IMG/VR virus record: IMGVR_UViG_3300020043_002908
Coordinates: 1 to 24,602 of that record
Source of the DNA: a virus
Lineage: Duplodnaviria; Caudoviricetes
Strand: one strand, 5' to 3'
Length of the DNA stretch: 24,602 nucleotides
Part shown: positions 1-7,120 of the stretch, in pieces
Numbering within the stretch: the first letter of the stretch is position 1
Layout of the letters: each line of letters begins with the position of its first letter
The notes under the pieces: generated by a model
Told to the model about the DNA's origin: nothing
Databases searched by the model: none
The model's input: only the letters and a program-made list of their open reading frames with translations
Translations under genes and position numbers: made by a program

Positions 1-131
1 AATGTCAGTGCGGCGAACTGTCTGTCCATGCCGCCTTCGATGAGTGCTTCGGCGAGCTGGTCGGCGAGTTGGCGTTCTATCGCCAGTTCGTTCATCAAGC
101 CTTGAATGATTTGTTTACTTGCCTTGTCCAT
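1..131 (-). CDS. Hypothetical protein, 3'-truncated by window edge (MDKASKQIIQGLMNELAIERQLADQLAEALIEGG...)
   Basis: ATG at 131 preceded by AGGAGGTCTGCACA; frame open to window edge; not in the ORF track. Confidence 0.8.
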   Translation of the reverse strand, partial: MDKASKQIIQGLMNELAIERQLADQLAEALIEGGMDRQFAALT

Positions 132-149
132 TGTGCAGACCTCCTACGG

Positions 150-398
150 TCAATCGTCTTCGAGTAACTGTCTTGCCATCCTCAACTTCTCGGCAGCCGA
201 AGCTGATTCGAGCAACCCGATCGTAGTTGATGTGACCTGCTCAGGCGGGCATATCGTAAAAAACTTTTGTTCGGTGGTCACATAGTTTTGGATGGTTGCG
301 ACGAGTACATATGCGGTGCATACATTGTCTGCGTCTACTTGTGATTCGATGAAGTATTTGATGCGGTCGTCTAGTGGGTCTTCGTCTTCATTCATCAT
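150..398 (-). CDS. Hypothetical protein (~82 aa)
   Basis: Minus-strand ORF fills the gap; start overlaps the end of the upstream small ORF. Confidence 0.75.
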   Translation of the reverse strand: MMNEDEDPLDDRIKYFIESQVDADNVCTAYVLVATIQNYVTTEQKFFTICPPEQVTSTTIGLLESASAAEKLRMARQLLEDD

Positions 399-477
399 CG
401 TCGTCCAGTTTCTCTCCGCATACGGGTTTGGTTGGGAGGATGCGGTTTGGTAGGCAGGCGCAGAGTCGTGCGTCCAT
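388..477 (-). CDS. 29-aa Cys-containing microprotein (MDARLCACLPNRILPTKPVCGEKLDDDDE)
   Basis: TAATG coupling to the upstream stop at 477; its end overlaps the next start and exactly fills the gap; translated by hand. Confidence 0.6.
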   Translation of the reverse strand: MDARLCACLPNRILPTKPVCGEKLDDDDE

Positions 478-794
478 TATCGTTCCGCCACGGTGCTTGG
501 GTACGGTAGGTCGTTGTAGGCCTGGTTGAGTAGTCCGAGGTAGCCGATCGCATCGGCGAGTGTGTCGTGGTGTAGTCGGTTCTTTTCTAGGTTGGTGCGG
601 AGTCGCGCCATCTTGACCGACACCATGAACAGGAGCGCGTCCGACATTGACATTCGGATGCCGGTTAGTCCTTCGAAGATTTGGATGACTTTGCTGTAGT
701 CGTCTACGACGTTGCCGTAGTCGTTGTTGCGTGGTCCTGTCACTAACTGGTGTGCTTCGAGCAGGATGTCTGCTCCGACTGATTCAGTTTTCAT
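477..794 (-). CDS. DUF6378-like helical protein (possibly nucleotide-modification or pyrophosphatase-related)
   Basis: Motifs ILLEAHQLVTGPRNNDYG, MVSVKMAR, HHDTLADAIGY; start reassigned to ATG 794 (AAGGAG RBS, ATGA overlap). Confidence 0.75.
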   Translation of the reverse strand: MKTESVGADILLEAHQLVTGPRNNDYGNVVDDYSKVIQIFEGLTGIRMSMSDALLFMVSVKMARLRTNLEKNRLHHDTLADAIGYLGLLNQAYNDLPYPSTVAER

Positions 795-979
795 TGTGTC
801 TCCTTGCAGATTTCGTATTTGGATTGGCTGAATGCGAGTAACCGTCCGTTGGGTTCTATGCCGACCCAGGTTGGTGCATCTGGATCGCAGAGGCATCCTG
901 TGATGCGGCGTGTGTCGAGTCGGACTTCACCGTCGCACAGTTGGCAAACGATGTATGTGTCGAGGCCGATTGTGATCAT
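791..979 (-). CDS. Small Cys-rich, putative zinc-binding protein
   Basis: CQLC...CLC pattern; GAAAGGA RBS favours ATG 979 over GTG 988. Confidence 0.7.
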   Translation of the reverse strand: MITIGLDTYIVCQLCDGEVRLDTRRITGCLCDPDAPTWVGIEPNGRLLAFSQSKYEICKETQ

Positions 980-1015
980 ATTCCACACATCCTTTCGCGT
1001 TCTTGTTTGAAAGCA

Positions 1016-1672
1016 CTAAACATTGAGTCTCAATTTTGAAATCTCAAAATACTTTTCATCTAATTCAATTCCAATAAAATCTCGCCCTAATTCTTGACAT
1101 GCTAAAGCAGTGGTTCCGCTTCCCATGAAAGGGTCAATAATTGTGTACCCATCAGGCAGTATCCCTATTATCCGGCGCATAACTTCGTATGGCATTTGGC
1201 ATGGATGTTCGGTTTTTTCAGAACTTACATTCTTGACTTGATTGATTTCCCACCAATCATATAATCTCGCAGTTTTCCCTTCTGCTATTCGTTTGGCAAT
1301 TCTTTTGTCTGAAGGATTTTTGTAATCTTGCCCTATTTTACGAAAATTTGGACAAACTCCAAAAAATCCAATATCTCTATGCTGCTTAGCGGTATTTGAG
1401 TTGTATACCCAACTGACAACTTTGTCAGGGAAAACACCGATGTTGTAAGAATGTCGGTAAAGTGCCTCTGGATAGTGAATGATTACTTGTTTATTGGTGC
1501 CAAATACATCAGAAAGAAAAGTATAGTAATCATCTTCGGTCATATTGTCTTTATATGTTTCGTAGTGATATCCAATGTTGAACGGCGGATCGCTAACAAA
1601 AATTGTTTTGTCGTAATCAATATCGAGTTTTGGCAAAATTTCGATACAATCACCAAAAATTAGGTCAATCAT
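1016..1672 (-). CDS. DNA amino-methyltransferase (N6_N4_Mtase, beta class, probably m6A)
   Basis: Catalytic SDPPF near the N-terminus, HPCQMP, SAM-binding IDPFMGSGTT and FIGIEL near the C-terminus; no cognate endonuclease adjacent. Confidence 0.95.
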   Translation of the reverse strand: MIDLIFGDCIEILPKLDIDYDKTIFVSDPPFNIGYHYETYKDNMTEDDYYTFLSDVFGTNKQVIIHYPEALYRHSYNIGVFPDKVVSWVYNSNTAKQHRDIGFFGVCPNFRKIGQDYKNPSDKRIAKRIAEGKTARLYDWWEINQVKNVSSEKTEHPCQMPYEVMRRIIGILPDGYTIIDPFMGSGTTALACQELGRDFIGIELDEKYFEISKLRLNV

Positions 1673-1893
1673 AGTTCGATGCCTTGTTGGATGTGGACGC
1701 GAAGTCGGTCTAGTTGTCCGCCGAGTGATTTGATTCGGTCACGACACGCTTCAAGTTCTTGATGTAGTGATTCGGCCGCATCGACGGCGTTGTCTCGTTG
1801 TTCGGTCATGTGTTCGAGTGCGACCGAGAGTTCTGCGACACGGGTTTGCAACTCGATTATCTCTTGACTCATTGCGAATGTATCTGCGGTCAT
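1669..1893 (-). CDS. Coiled-coil hypothetical protein
   Basis: Heptad-like E/Q/L/R-rich sequence; AAGGAG RBS; ATGA overlaps at both ends. Confidence 0.8.
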   Translation of the reverse strand: MTADTFAMSQEIIELQTRVAELSVALEHMTEQRDNAVDAAESLHQELEACRDRIKSLGGQLDRLRVHIQQGIEL

Positions 1894-2021
1894 TTCTTGC
1901 TCCTTCTGTCTAGTTCTTGTTTGAGTGCTGCTATTACTTCGAAGAGCCGATCTTGTTCACCGACACCGACGAATTGTCTTTCAAGGAACGCGATTGCGTC
2001 TTGTATATCTTTCTTAGTCAT
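1890..2021 (-). CDS. 43-aa hypothetical protein (MTKKDIQDAIAFLERQFVGVGEQDRLFEVIAALKQELDRRSKK)
   Basis: GGAGG-tcagg-ATG; stop overlaps the next start (ATGA); below ORF-track cutoff. Confidence 0.8.
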   Translation of the reverse strand: MTKKDIQDAIAFLERQFVGVGEQDRLFEVIAALKQELDRRSKK

Positions 2022-2045
2022 CCTGACCTCCATTGGTTAGAGGAA

Positions 2046-2087
2046 CGACCCTACTTCGCCGAAAGGGAAGAATGCAAAGTAGGGTCG
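2046..2087 (-). promoter_or_regulatory. Intergenic hairpin, 14-bp stem, pyrimidine-rich loop AUUCUUCCCUUUCG
   Basis: Sense CGACCCTACTTTGC pairs with GCGAAGTAGGGTCG (one G-U); followed by TTCCT, then RBS. Confidence 0.7.
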
Positions 2088-2103
2088 AACCCTGCTTACG
2101 GAC

Positions 2104-2502
2104 CTACCAACGGTCGTCGGTTGCAACCTTCTCGACCTTCGCTGCGAACAGTTTCGGTGCGTTGAAGCCTGCCTTCTTCTCTCCATCGCCTGAGTATTTG
2201 ACCGAGATTCTGTTGCCAGTCAACTCCGTGACGGATGCCTGCTTCGCTGCTTCACGGATCGCGGTGATCATCGCACCACGCGCCCACAAGTTAGCGTCGC
2301 CTTCTTTTTCTGTTTTCAGTGTGATGACATACACGAAGCGTGGATCACCGTTCGGCCATGTCTTGGCGACACCTGCCGGATCTCGGTCTTCGAGCTTCTT
2401 GACATCAGTGACAATGCCCGAGTGGACATCGCCGATCTTCTCGAACTTCAAACTTGGCAGTTTGGGTCCGCCTCCTGCTAGGAGATCTTGTTCATCTGAC
2501 AT
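2104..2502 (-). CDS. Putative single-stranded DNA-binding (OB-fold) protein
   Basis: PSLKFEKIGD..SGIV..DRDPAG..KTWPNGDP pattern resembling actinophage SSB-like proteins; lies downstream of the exonuclease. Confidence 0.65.
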   Translation of the reverse strand: MSDEQDLLAGGGPKLPSLKFEKIGDVHSGIVTDVKKLEDRDPAGVAKTWPNGDPRFVYVITLKTEKEGDANLWARGAMITAIREAAKQASVTELTGNRISVKYSGDGEKKAGFNAPKLFAAKVEKVATDDRW

Positions 2503-2939
2503 TACTTACCTACCTTTTCTTTGCTTGGGAATCCGAAGGAATCCGTTGATGTGTTCCACACGATGTCTTGTTCATCCCAACGAATAGCACGACACAGAAC
2601 AGCGAACTGTTCCGCACATGCTGCGTCAAGATGCCCGATGGCACCGCCTGCCGTTCTAAATAACACACCCTGAATCGAGTGGCAGAGACTCGTTATCAGG
2701 AGTTCGTCACAGTTATCAGACATGATGAGGTCTACTAACCCTCGTCCTATCTGGTATCTGCGATGCGATTTGAGTTGATCCAGTGAGATTGAGTGACCGT
2801 ACTCGGTGCATTCGGTTGCAATCTTCTTGAGCATTGCGCGCTGGTGTGGGCGGAGCGAGTCGAAGTCTGTTTGGAGTTGCAGGACGCAGGTTCGGTCTAC
2901 ACCTTTGTCGTATGTTCGGCCTTCGAATGTGTCGCTCAC
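2502..2939 (-). CDS. Hypothetical protein (145 aa) in recombination module
   Basis: GTGA and TAATG coupling to neighbours; no recognised motif. Confidence 0.8.
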   Translation of the reverse strand: MSDTFEGRTYDKGVDRTCVLQLQTDFDSLRPHQRAMLKKIATECTEYGHSISLDQLKSHRRYQIGRGLVDLIMSDNCDELLITSLCHSIQGVLFRTAGGAIGHLDAACAEQFAVLCRAIRWDEQDIVWNTSTDSFGFPSKEKVGK

Positions 2940-3985
2940 TTCTTTGCCTTCTTCCGTGCAACCTTGACGGTCGGATCTGTTTCAAAGAACTGGACATTGT
3001 GTTCCGCTTCGAGTAGACCGACGATGCGGATGAGTAGGTCTATTTGTTCGTTGTCGGCTTCACCAAGTTTCGGCACATCAACAGGCCACAACGAGCGCAA
3101 CATCTTCTGTGCCTTCTCTGGTAAATGTTTGATTCGTGCCGTCATCCAGTCGCGACGCTTCTCAAGACCTGTGTCAAGTTTGACAATCTTTGCCTCTTCA
3201 AAGCGTTCGTTTAGATCGTTGCGTTTGCGCCAGTTGCGAACATTCAGTGCAAGTGCTAAACCTTCGCGACCTGCGTTGAGGTCAACCCAATACAGTTCGC
3301 AGCGTGCTTCGCCTGCTGGTAGGTGGAAGACGATGGCACGATCTTTCTCAATCTGTGGCAGGCTGATGCGTTCGGCTGTCTGATAGTTGTAGATCCATTG
3401 CGCATCGGCGTATGCAGCCAACTGGATTGCGATCGACCGCCACGAGTAGGTGAGATCGGTGCCAGTCTTGAGGTCGGCGATGTACATTCGGCCATCCACT
3501 TCGACTATGCGGTCAAGTGTGCCTGCGTATTCTGAGTCATCGTTGATGACGACAGATTCGATGTAATTGGGCATGATGTGAACGCCGTACTTGGCGAGTG
3601 TCGCCGTGTAGGCATCGATGTCGGGTTGTAATCCTGGGAGGATTTGTGGTTTCTTGCCGAGGTCAACTGCTTCGGTGACTGCATGTAATGCTGTGCCGAG
3701 GTTGGCGCGGTGTGATCCGCCGCCTGCTGTGATTGCTTCTTCACAGATTCTGTTCAACGCATTCTTGTCATCAAGTTTTGTTGATGCTTGCGCAAGTAGG
3801 TCGGAGCGTTGTATTAGTCCGGTGACGACCATTCGGTTCGCCCATTGTTTTAATGCGGCTTCGTCGTCTGGTGCTTTTGCGATTGTTGTGACTCGTGTGT
3901 AGCCGCGTTGTTTGCCGTCAGGTGTGGTGACGAGGTATCGACCCCACCGATCTTTCGGTGCTTCTTGTCGGGTTTCTTCGAGCAT
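2936..3985 (-). CDS. PD-(D/E)XK exonuclease (RecB/Cas4/RecE-like phage nuclease)
   Basis: RVTT, GTALH, AGTLDRIV, IADLKTG, QLAAYA motifs; start reassigned to ATG 3985 behind AGGAGG. Confidence 0.9.
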   Translation of the reverse strand: MLEETRQEAPKDRWGRYLVTTPDGKQRGYTRVTTIAKAPDDEAALKQWANRMVVTGLIQRSDLLAQASTKLDDKNALNRICEEAITAGGGSHRANLGTALHAVTEAVDLGKKPQILPGLQPDIDAYTATLAKYGVHIMPNYIESVVINDDSEYAGTLDRIVEVDGRMYIADLKTGTDLTYSWRSIAIQLAAYADAQWIYNYQTAERISLPQIEKDRAIVFHLPAGEARCELYWVDLNAGREGLALALNVRNWRKRNDLNERFEEAKIVKLDTGLEKRRDWMTARIKHLPEKAQKMLRSLWPVDVPKLGEADNEQIDLLIRIVGLLEAEHNVQFFETDPTVKVARKKAKK

Positions 3986-4028
3986 GTGCAGGCCTCCTAG
4001 TTTTTTTGGGAATCTTTGTTGGTTTGAA

Positions 4029-4406
4029 CTATACCTGATCGGTGTGCGCGGATGCGGGACTGTCATCAATTTGTTTGTAGGCGTTCCAAAGTTTAAGAAA
4101 CTCGGTCATGGTCATGATTGCATACCAGGTGTCTACTTCGACTGCGCCTTGTTTCTTGACTGCGCAAACACCATGGTTCGTGCCACGGTTCTTTTGCTCA
4201 ATTTCAAGTTCTTTCAACCAGCAACCTATGTCGTGTCGGCGTTGGTCTTTGACTTCAACGGTCAGATCCTCGACGCCGTCTATGTCGCCGCGGTCATCCG
4301 TCCAGCCTGACCTAGATCGTTCAGCTCTTGGATGTCCGTGGTCTTGGAAGAACTTCGCCACCTGCAATTCGGCGCGCGTACCTTTTCTTCTTTGTGGATT
4401 TGACAT
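4029..4406 (-). CDS. Holliday junction resolvase (Hjc-like PD-(D/E)XK)
   Basis: KGTRAE...DRGDI...VEVK motifs; AAGGAG upstream. Confidence 0.85.
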   Translation of the reverse strand: MSNPQRRKGTRAELQVAKFFQDHGHPRAERSRSGWTDDRGDIDGVEDLTVEVKDQRRHDIGCWLKELEIEQKNRGTNHGVCAVKKQGAVEVDTWYAIMTMTEFLKLWNAYKQIDDSPASAHTDQV

Positions 4407-4695
4407 AGTCGCCTGATCTCCTTCGTCGTCGTATCTCGTTGCGTCGCTCGACCGTTGTCAGTCCGCCCCACACGCCGACACAATCGTTCTTGATTGCAAA
4501 GTCTAGACAACTTTGGCGCACCACGCAGATGTCGCAAAGTTTCTTCGCTTCGCGCACCGCATGCAAATATCTTTCGTGAAAGAAGATGTCGGTGCCTTCG
4601 CCACGGCATGTGCCGTACTGTTGCCATTCTGGTCGGAGTAGTTCGAATACATTCTTCGACTCCGACCAGACATCAACAATTCCGTAGTCGCCCAT
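4321..4695 (-). CDS. whiB: WhiB-family Fe-S transcription factor
   Basis: C-x23-C-x2-C-x5-C plus GVWGGLT..ER and a basic tail; start reassigned to ATG 4695 (TGATG coupling). Confidence 0.93.
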   Translation of the reverse strand: MGDYGIVDVWSESKNVFELLRPEWQQYGTCRGEGTDIFFHERYLHAVREAKKLCDICVVRQSCLDFAIKNDCVGVWGGLTTVERRNEIRRRRRSGDYVKSTKKKRYARRIAGGEVLPRPRTSKS

Positions 4696-4877
4696 CACTT
4701 GATTTCTTTGATCCAGCGACGCACATAGAACATTGCATAGAAGTTGACTACTGCGTAGATGAATATCTCTATGCCGCTTGCCGGACTTTCTTGCGGTAGT
4801 CGTGGCATGAATAACAGCATCATCCATCCCATGAATATGAACGCCAATGTGAATTTAATTTTCTCTTGCGGTTTCAT
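4695..4877 (-). CDS. Small membrane protein (2 predicted TM segments)
   Basis: AAGGAGG RBS; two hydrophobic stretches. Confidence 0.8.
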   Translation of the reverse strand: MKPQEKIKFTLAFIFMGWMMLLFMPRLPQESPASGIEIFIYAVVNFYAMFYVRRWIKEIK

Positions 4878-4921
4878 TTGTCCTCCTTGGTTAGTAACTC
4901 GCCTATTTATGTTCTAGTGCA

Positions 4922-5485
4922 TTATGGGACAGAAGTGGTGGATGCTTTACAGACCCGCCAATTACAAGGATTCCACGGTTCGAATCCCGACAAGTTATAC
5001 AACACTAGTCCTGCTTTGAGGTTGGTGAGTGGGTCGAGTAGCGGGTCTTGTGTGCAGATGTTTAGTTCTCGGCAGACGGCAGCCCACTTGTTTCTTGATG
5101 GGTCGTAGTTGACGCCGTTGATCTGCAAGAGTCCTGTGTCGGAGCGATGATTCCATTCGGAGACGCCTGTGATGTTGCAGTCCTTGTCAACCATGTCGCC
5201 ACCGCGACGGTTCGGACAGCCACCTGATTCACGCAACACGATTTGTGTGAGTTTCGGGATGGCATGGTCGGGCCAGCCTGCCTGTTTGGCGAGCGACGGT
5301 AGCCAAGAGGTGTCGCCGTGTCGGTATCGGATCGGCTGTATCGGGTCGAGCCTGTCTGCCTGCCAGAGAGGCTGTAATGCGATTACAGCGACGCTGGAGT
5401 GCGTTGGTGCGGAGACTGCCTGAGCTATGCCAAGGCTGACTGTGAGACTTGTGAGTGTTGCCAGGATTGCGGTCAATATGCGCAT
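4922..5485 (-). CDS. Secreted lytic transglycosylase (SLT/lysozyme-like fold)
   Basis: N-terminal signal peptide; RESGG (catalytic Glu), DTGLLQIN, LLDPLTNLKAG, GFEPW motifs. Confidence 0.88.
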   Translation of the reverse strand: MRILTAILATLTSLTVSLGIAQAVSAPTHSSVAVIALQPLWQADRLDPIQPIRYRHGDTSWLPSLAKQAGWPDHAIPKLTQIVLRESGGCPNRRGGDMVDKDCNITGVSEWNHRSDTGLLQINGVNYDPSRNKWAAVCRELNICTQDPLLDPLTNLKAGLVLYNLSGFEPWNPCNWRVCKASTTSVP

Positions 5486-5586
5486 CGTGGTCCTTTCGTT
5501 AAGTGCAGGAATGACGCAACCAAGAAGGAGGTGACTTGGTTGCGGTGCTACATCAACCCTAGTGGGGAGCGCACCGTTCTACCTTA
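5486..5586 (-). promoter_or_regulatory. Putative promoter and structured 5' leader/sRNA with anti-Shine-Dalgarno loop
   Basis: -10-like TAAGGT (5581-5586); CGGTGC...GCACCG stem; perfect 10-bp stem 5515-5544 with loop UCACCUCCUU; TCCTGCAC; GAAAGGA RBS. Confidence 0.6.
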
Positions 5587-5603
5587 GCCGATGGGCTGGT
5601 TTG

Positions 5604-5621
5604 ACCGCTATCTTTAGCGGT
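5604..5621. terminator. Inverted repeat after the lysis region (possible terminator or operator)
   Basis: ACCGCTA-4nt-TAGCGGT immediately after the stop at 5624; no U-tract on the coding strand. Confidence 0.35.
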
Positions 5622-5623
5622 TT

Positions 5624-5878
5624 CTAGATTTTTATTTGTAGATCCATCAACACTTTGATGTTCTTGACCATGCCGACGGGTATGTGTAGAACATGGTCTA
5701 TTGAGTCTTCGTTGCGTGACTGGTAGAGGGTGACATGGTCGGGTTTGCCTCCGTCGCCTGTGGCGAGTAGGAAGCCGACTGATTCAACTTCGGCTGGGTC
5801 GGTGTCGAGGTCTTTGATGTTGATCCACGATTCTGCACCGCTGTGCGCATCGTGCCAGGTGACGAGTACGACCGTCAC
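5624..5878 (-). CDS. Small phage protein of unknown function
   Basis: VLVTWHDA...W...SVGFL...IPVGMV pattern that I recognise from other phage hypothetical proteins; GTGA coupling. Confidence 0.8.
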   Translation of the reverse strand: MTVVLVTWHDAHSGAESWINIKDLDTDPAEVESVGFLLATGDGGKPDHVTLYQSRNEDSIDHVLHIPVGMVKNIKVLMDLQIKI

Positions 5879-6135
5879 TTCTTCTTGCGTGTCGCAACCT
5901 GCTTCGTCTTTGTCAGACTTCCGCTTGGCTCCTTGGTTACATGCCAGTCGAGATGGCTGGTGAGTCTTGCGCCTTGTTTGCCGACCATGTCGATCAGGTT
6001 GTCTAGTCGCTTTTGTACGACTGCGTGATCGGCTCGGTTCTCTTCGCGGAATCCTTTAAGTTGCATCAAGGCGATGATGATTCCGCCGAAGGTTGCTACT
6101 GCTGCGGCGAGAACTGTGGCAAGTCCGGTATCCAT
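5875..6135 (-). CDS. Lysis-cassette membrane protein (single TM + coiled coil)
   Basis: N-terminal hydrophobic helix, RLTSHLDWH tail; follows the endolysin; start reassigned to ATG 6135. Confidence 0.7.
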   Translation of the reverse strand: MDTGLATVLAAAVATFGGIIIALMQLKGFREENRADHAVVQKRLDNLIDMVGKQGARLTSHLDWHVTKEPSGSLTKTKQVATRKKK

Positions 6136-6136
6136 G

Positions 6137-6688
6137 TCACACGACCTTCTTGGAGTCGAGCCATGCTTGTACGGCTGGTGGCACATTGTCGCCTGCGGTG
6201 TAGCGAAGATGCCATGGTTCTTCTGGTACGACTTCCCAAGAGAAGCCGAAGTCGAGTGCGTTCTTGAGCATCCATTCGAAGCGTGGCCCGCTGGCCGACC
6301 AGATGTCGACCGCGATGCCGAGGTTGTGCATGCTTGTGCCAGGTGCGGCGAGCGACGCCAAAGTCGGTGACTTCTTGTACCATTTCACACCTTCGAATGT
6401 GCGTGTTGATGCGCCTGCGATTGGTTGTTTTTGGTATCGCTGTAGGAACGCTGTGAGTTGGCTTTGGTAACTGCGATAGGTGTCGCCTGCCGAGGTTGGT
6501 TTGAATGGTTTGATGTTGTCGGCTAATGCTTTGGCTCGCATCGCATGATATGCGTCGGCTGCCCGCCAATGAAGTTTGCCTTCAGGTTGAATGTCGCGCA
6601 ACAGATGCGCAGGTACCTCACCAGGTTTCACACCTTTGAGATCTGCGGGCAAAGTTACTTTGACGATCGGCCAGTTCTTGGCGTTCAC
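6137..6688 (-). CDS. Endolysin, zinc peptidase M15 (VanY-like fold)
   Basis: YRSYQSQ, SMHNLGIAVD (SxHxxGxAxD), EPWH motifs; flanked by membrane proteins. Confidence 0.9.
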   Translation of the reverse strand: MNAKNWPIVKVTLPADLKGVKPGEVPAHLLRDIQPEGKLHWRAADAYHAMRAKALADNIKPFKPTSAGDTYRSYQSQLTAFLQRYQKQPIAGASTRTFEGVKWYKKSPTLASLAAPGTSMHNLGIAVDIWSASGPRFEWMLKNALDFGFSWEVVPEEPWHLRYTAGDNVPPAVQAWLDSKKVV

Positions 6689-6951
6689 TTTTTTTTCGCT
6701 CCAGAGAACGCTTGCTTGATTTCTTCGCTGTCAAGTTCTCCGTCGACTGATGCTTCGGCGAGTGCCGACACAACTTTGATGACCGCCATTGCACCAGCCA
6801 TGATCGCAGCTTTACCAACAGAGATGCCGATGACTGCACCTGTGGTGATTGCTGGTAGCGCGTTGGCAAGAAACAATGAGACAAGTCTTTGACCGAGGTC
6901 AAGGAACTTTGCGATTGTCGGGTTTTGTTTAATCTTCACTTCTGGCACCAT
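6685..6951 (-). CDS. Putative holin
   Basis: Hydrophobic segments, charged C-terminus, directly upstream of the endolysin. Confidence 0.7.
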   Translation of the reverse strand: MVPEVKIKQNPTIAKFLDLGQRLVSLFLANALPAITTGAVIGISVGKAAIMAGAMAVIKVVSALAEASVDGELDSEEIKQAFSGAKKK

Positions 6952-7120
6952 GGTCTTCTCCGTCCTTCGTTAATACTCCTGCCAAGTGTAGTGCGAGTGA
7001 CAGGAATGTGAAGAATAACGCCCAATTCTGGAGGCTTCCTGACAGGGTCATGATGGTGATTGCGGATGCACCGAGTGTGAATCCGAGTGCGAATAGTTCA
7101 TCTTTTAGTTTCTTAAACAT
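6929..7120 (-). CDS. Small 2-TM membrane protein
   Basis: Two hydrophobic helices; TAATG-coupled to the PA14/mucin gene. Confidence 0.75.
   Translation of the reverse strand: MFKKLKDELFALGFTLGASAITIMTLSGSLQNWALFFTFLSLALHLAGVLTKDGEDHGARSED

Noticed and set aside
795-896. N-terminal extensions in the ORF track (also 3986-4069, 4696-4827, 6136-6186, 18546-18584)
   Set aside because: They overlap upstream genes; internal starts have better RBS or stop-start coupling
2936-3985. Cas4 as evidence of a CRISPR system
   Set aside because: Lacks the Cas4 Fe-S cysteine set; context is a phage recombination module
4001-4007. A7 run upstream of the exonuclease as a phase-variation tract
   Set aside because: Short and lies in an A-rich leader upstream of the likely true start; no frame consequence
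5525-5587. Plus-strand small ORF behind AAGGAGGTGA
   Set aside because: Only short TTG-started frames follow, the starts are buried in the stem, and no other plus-strand gene exists
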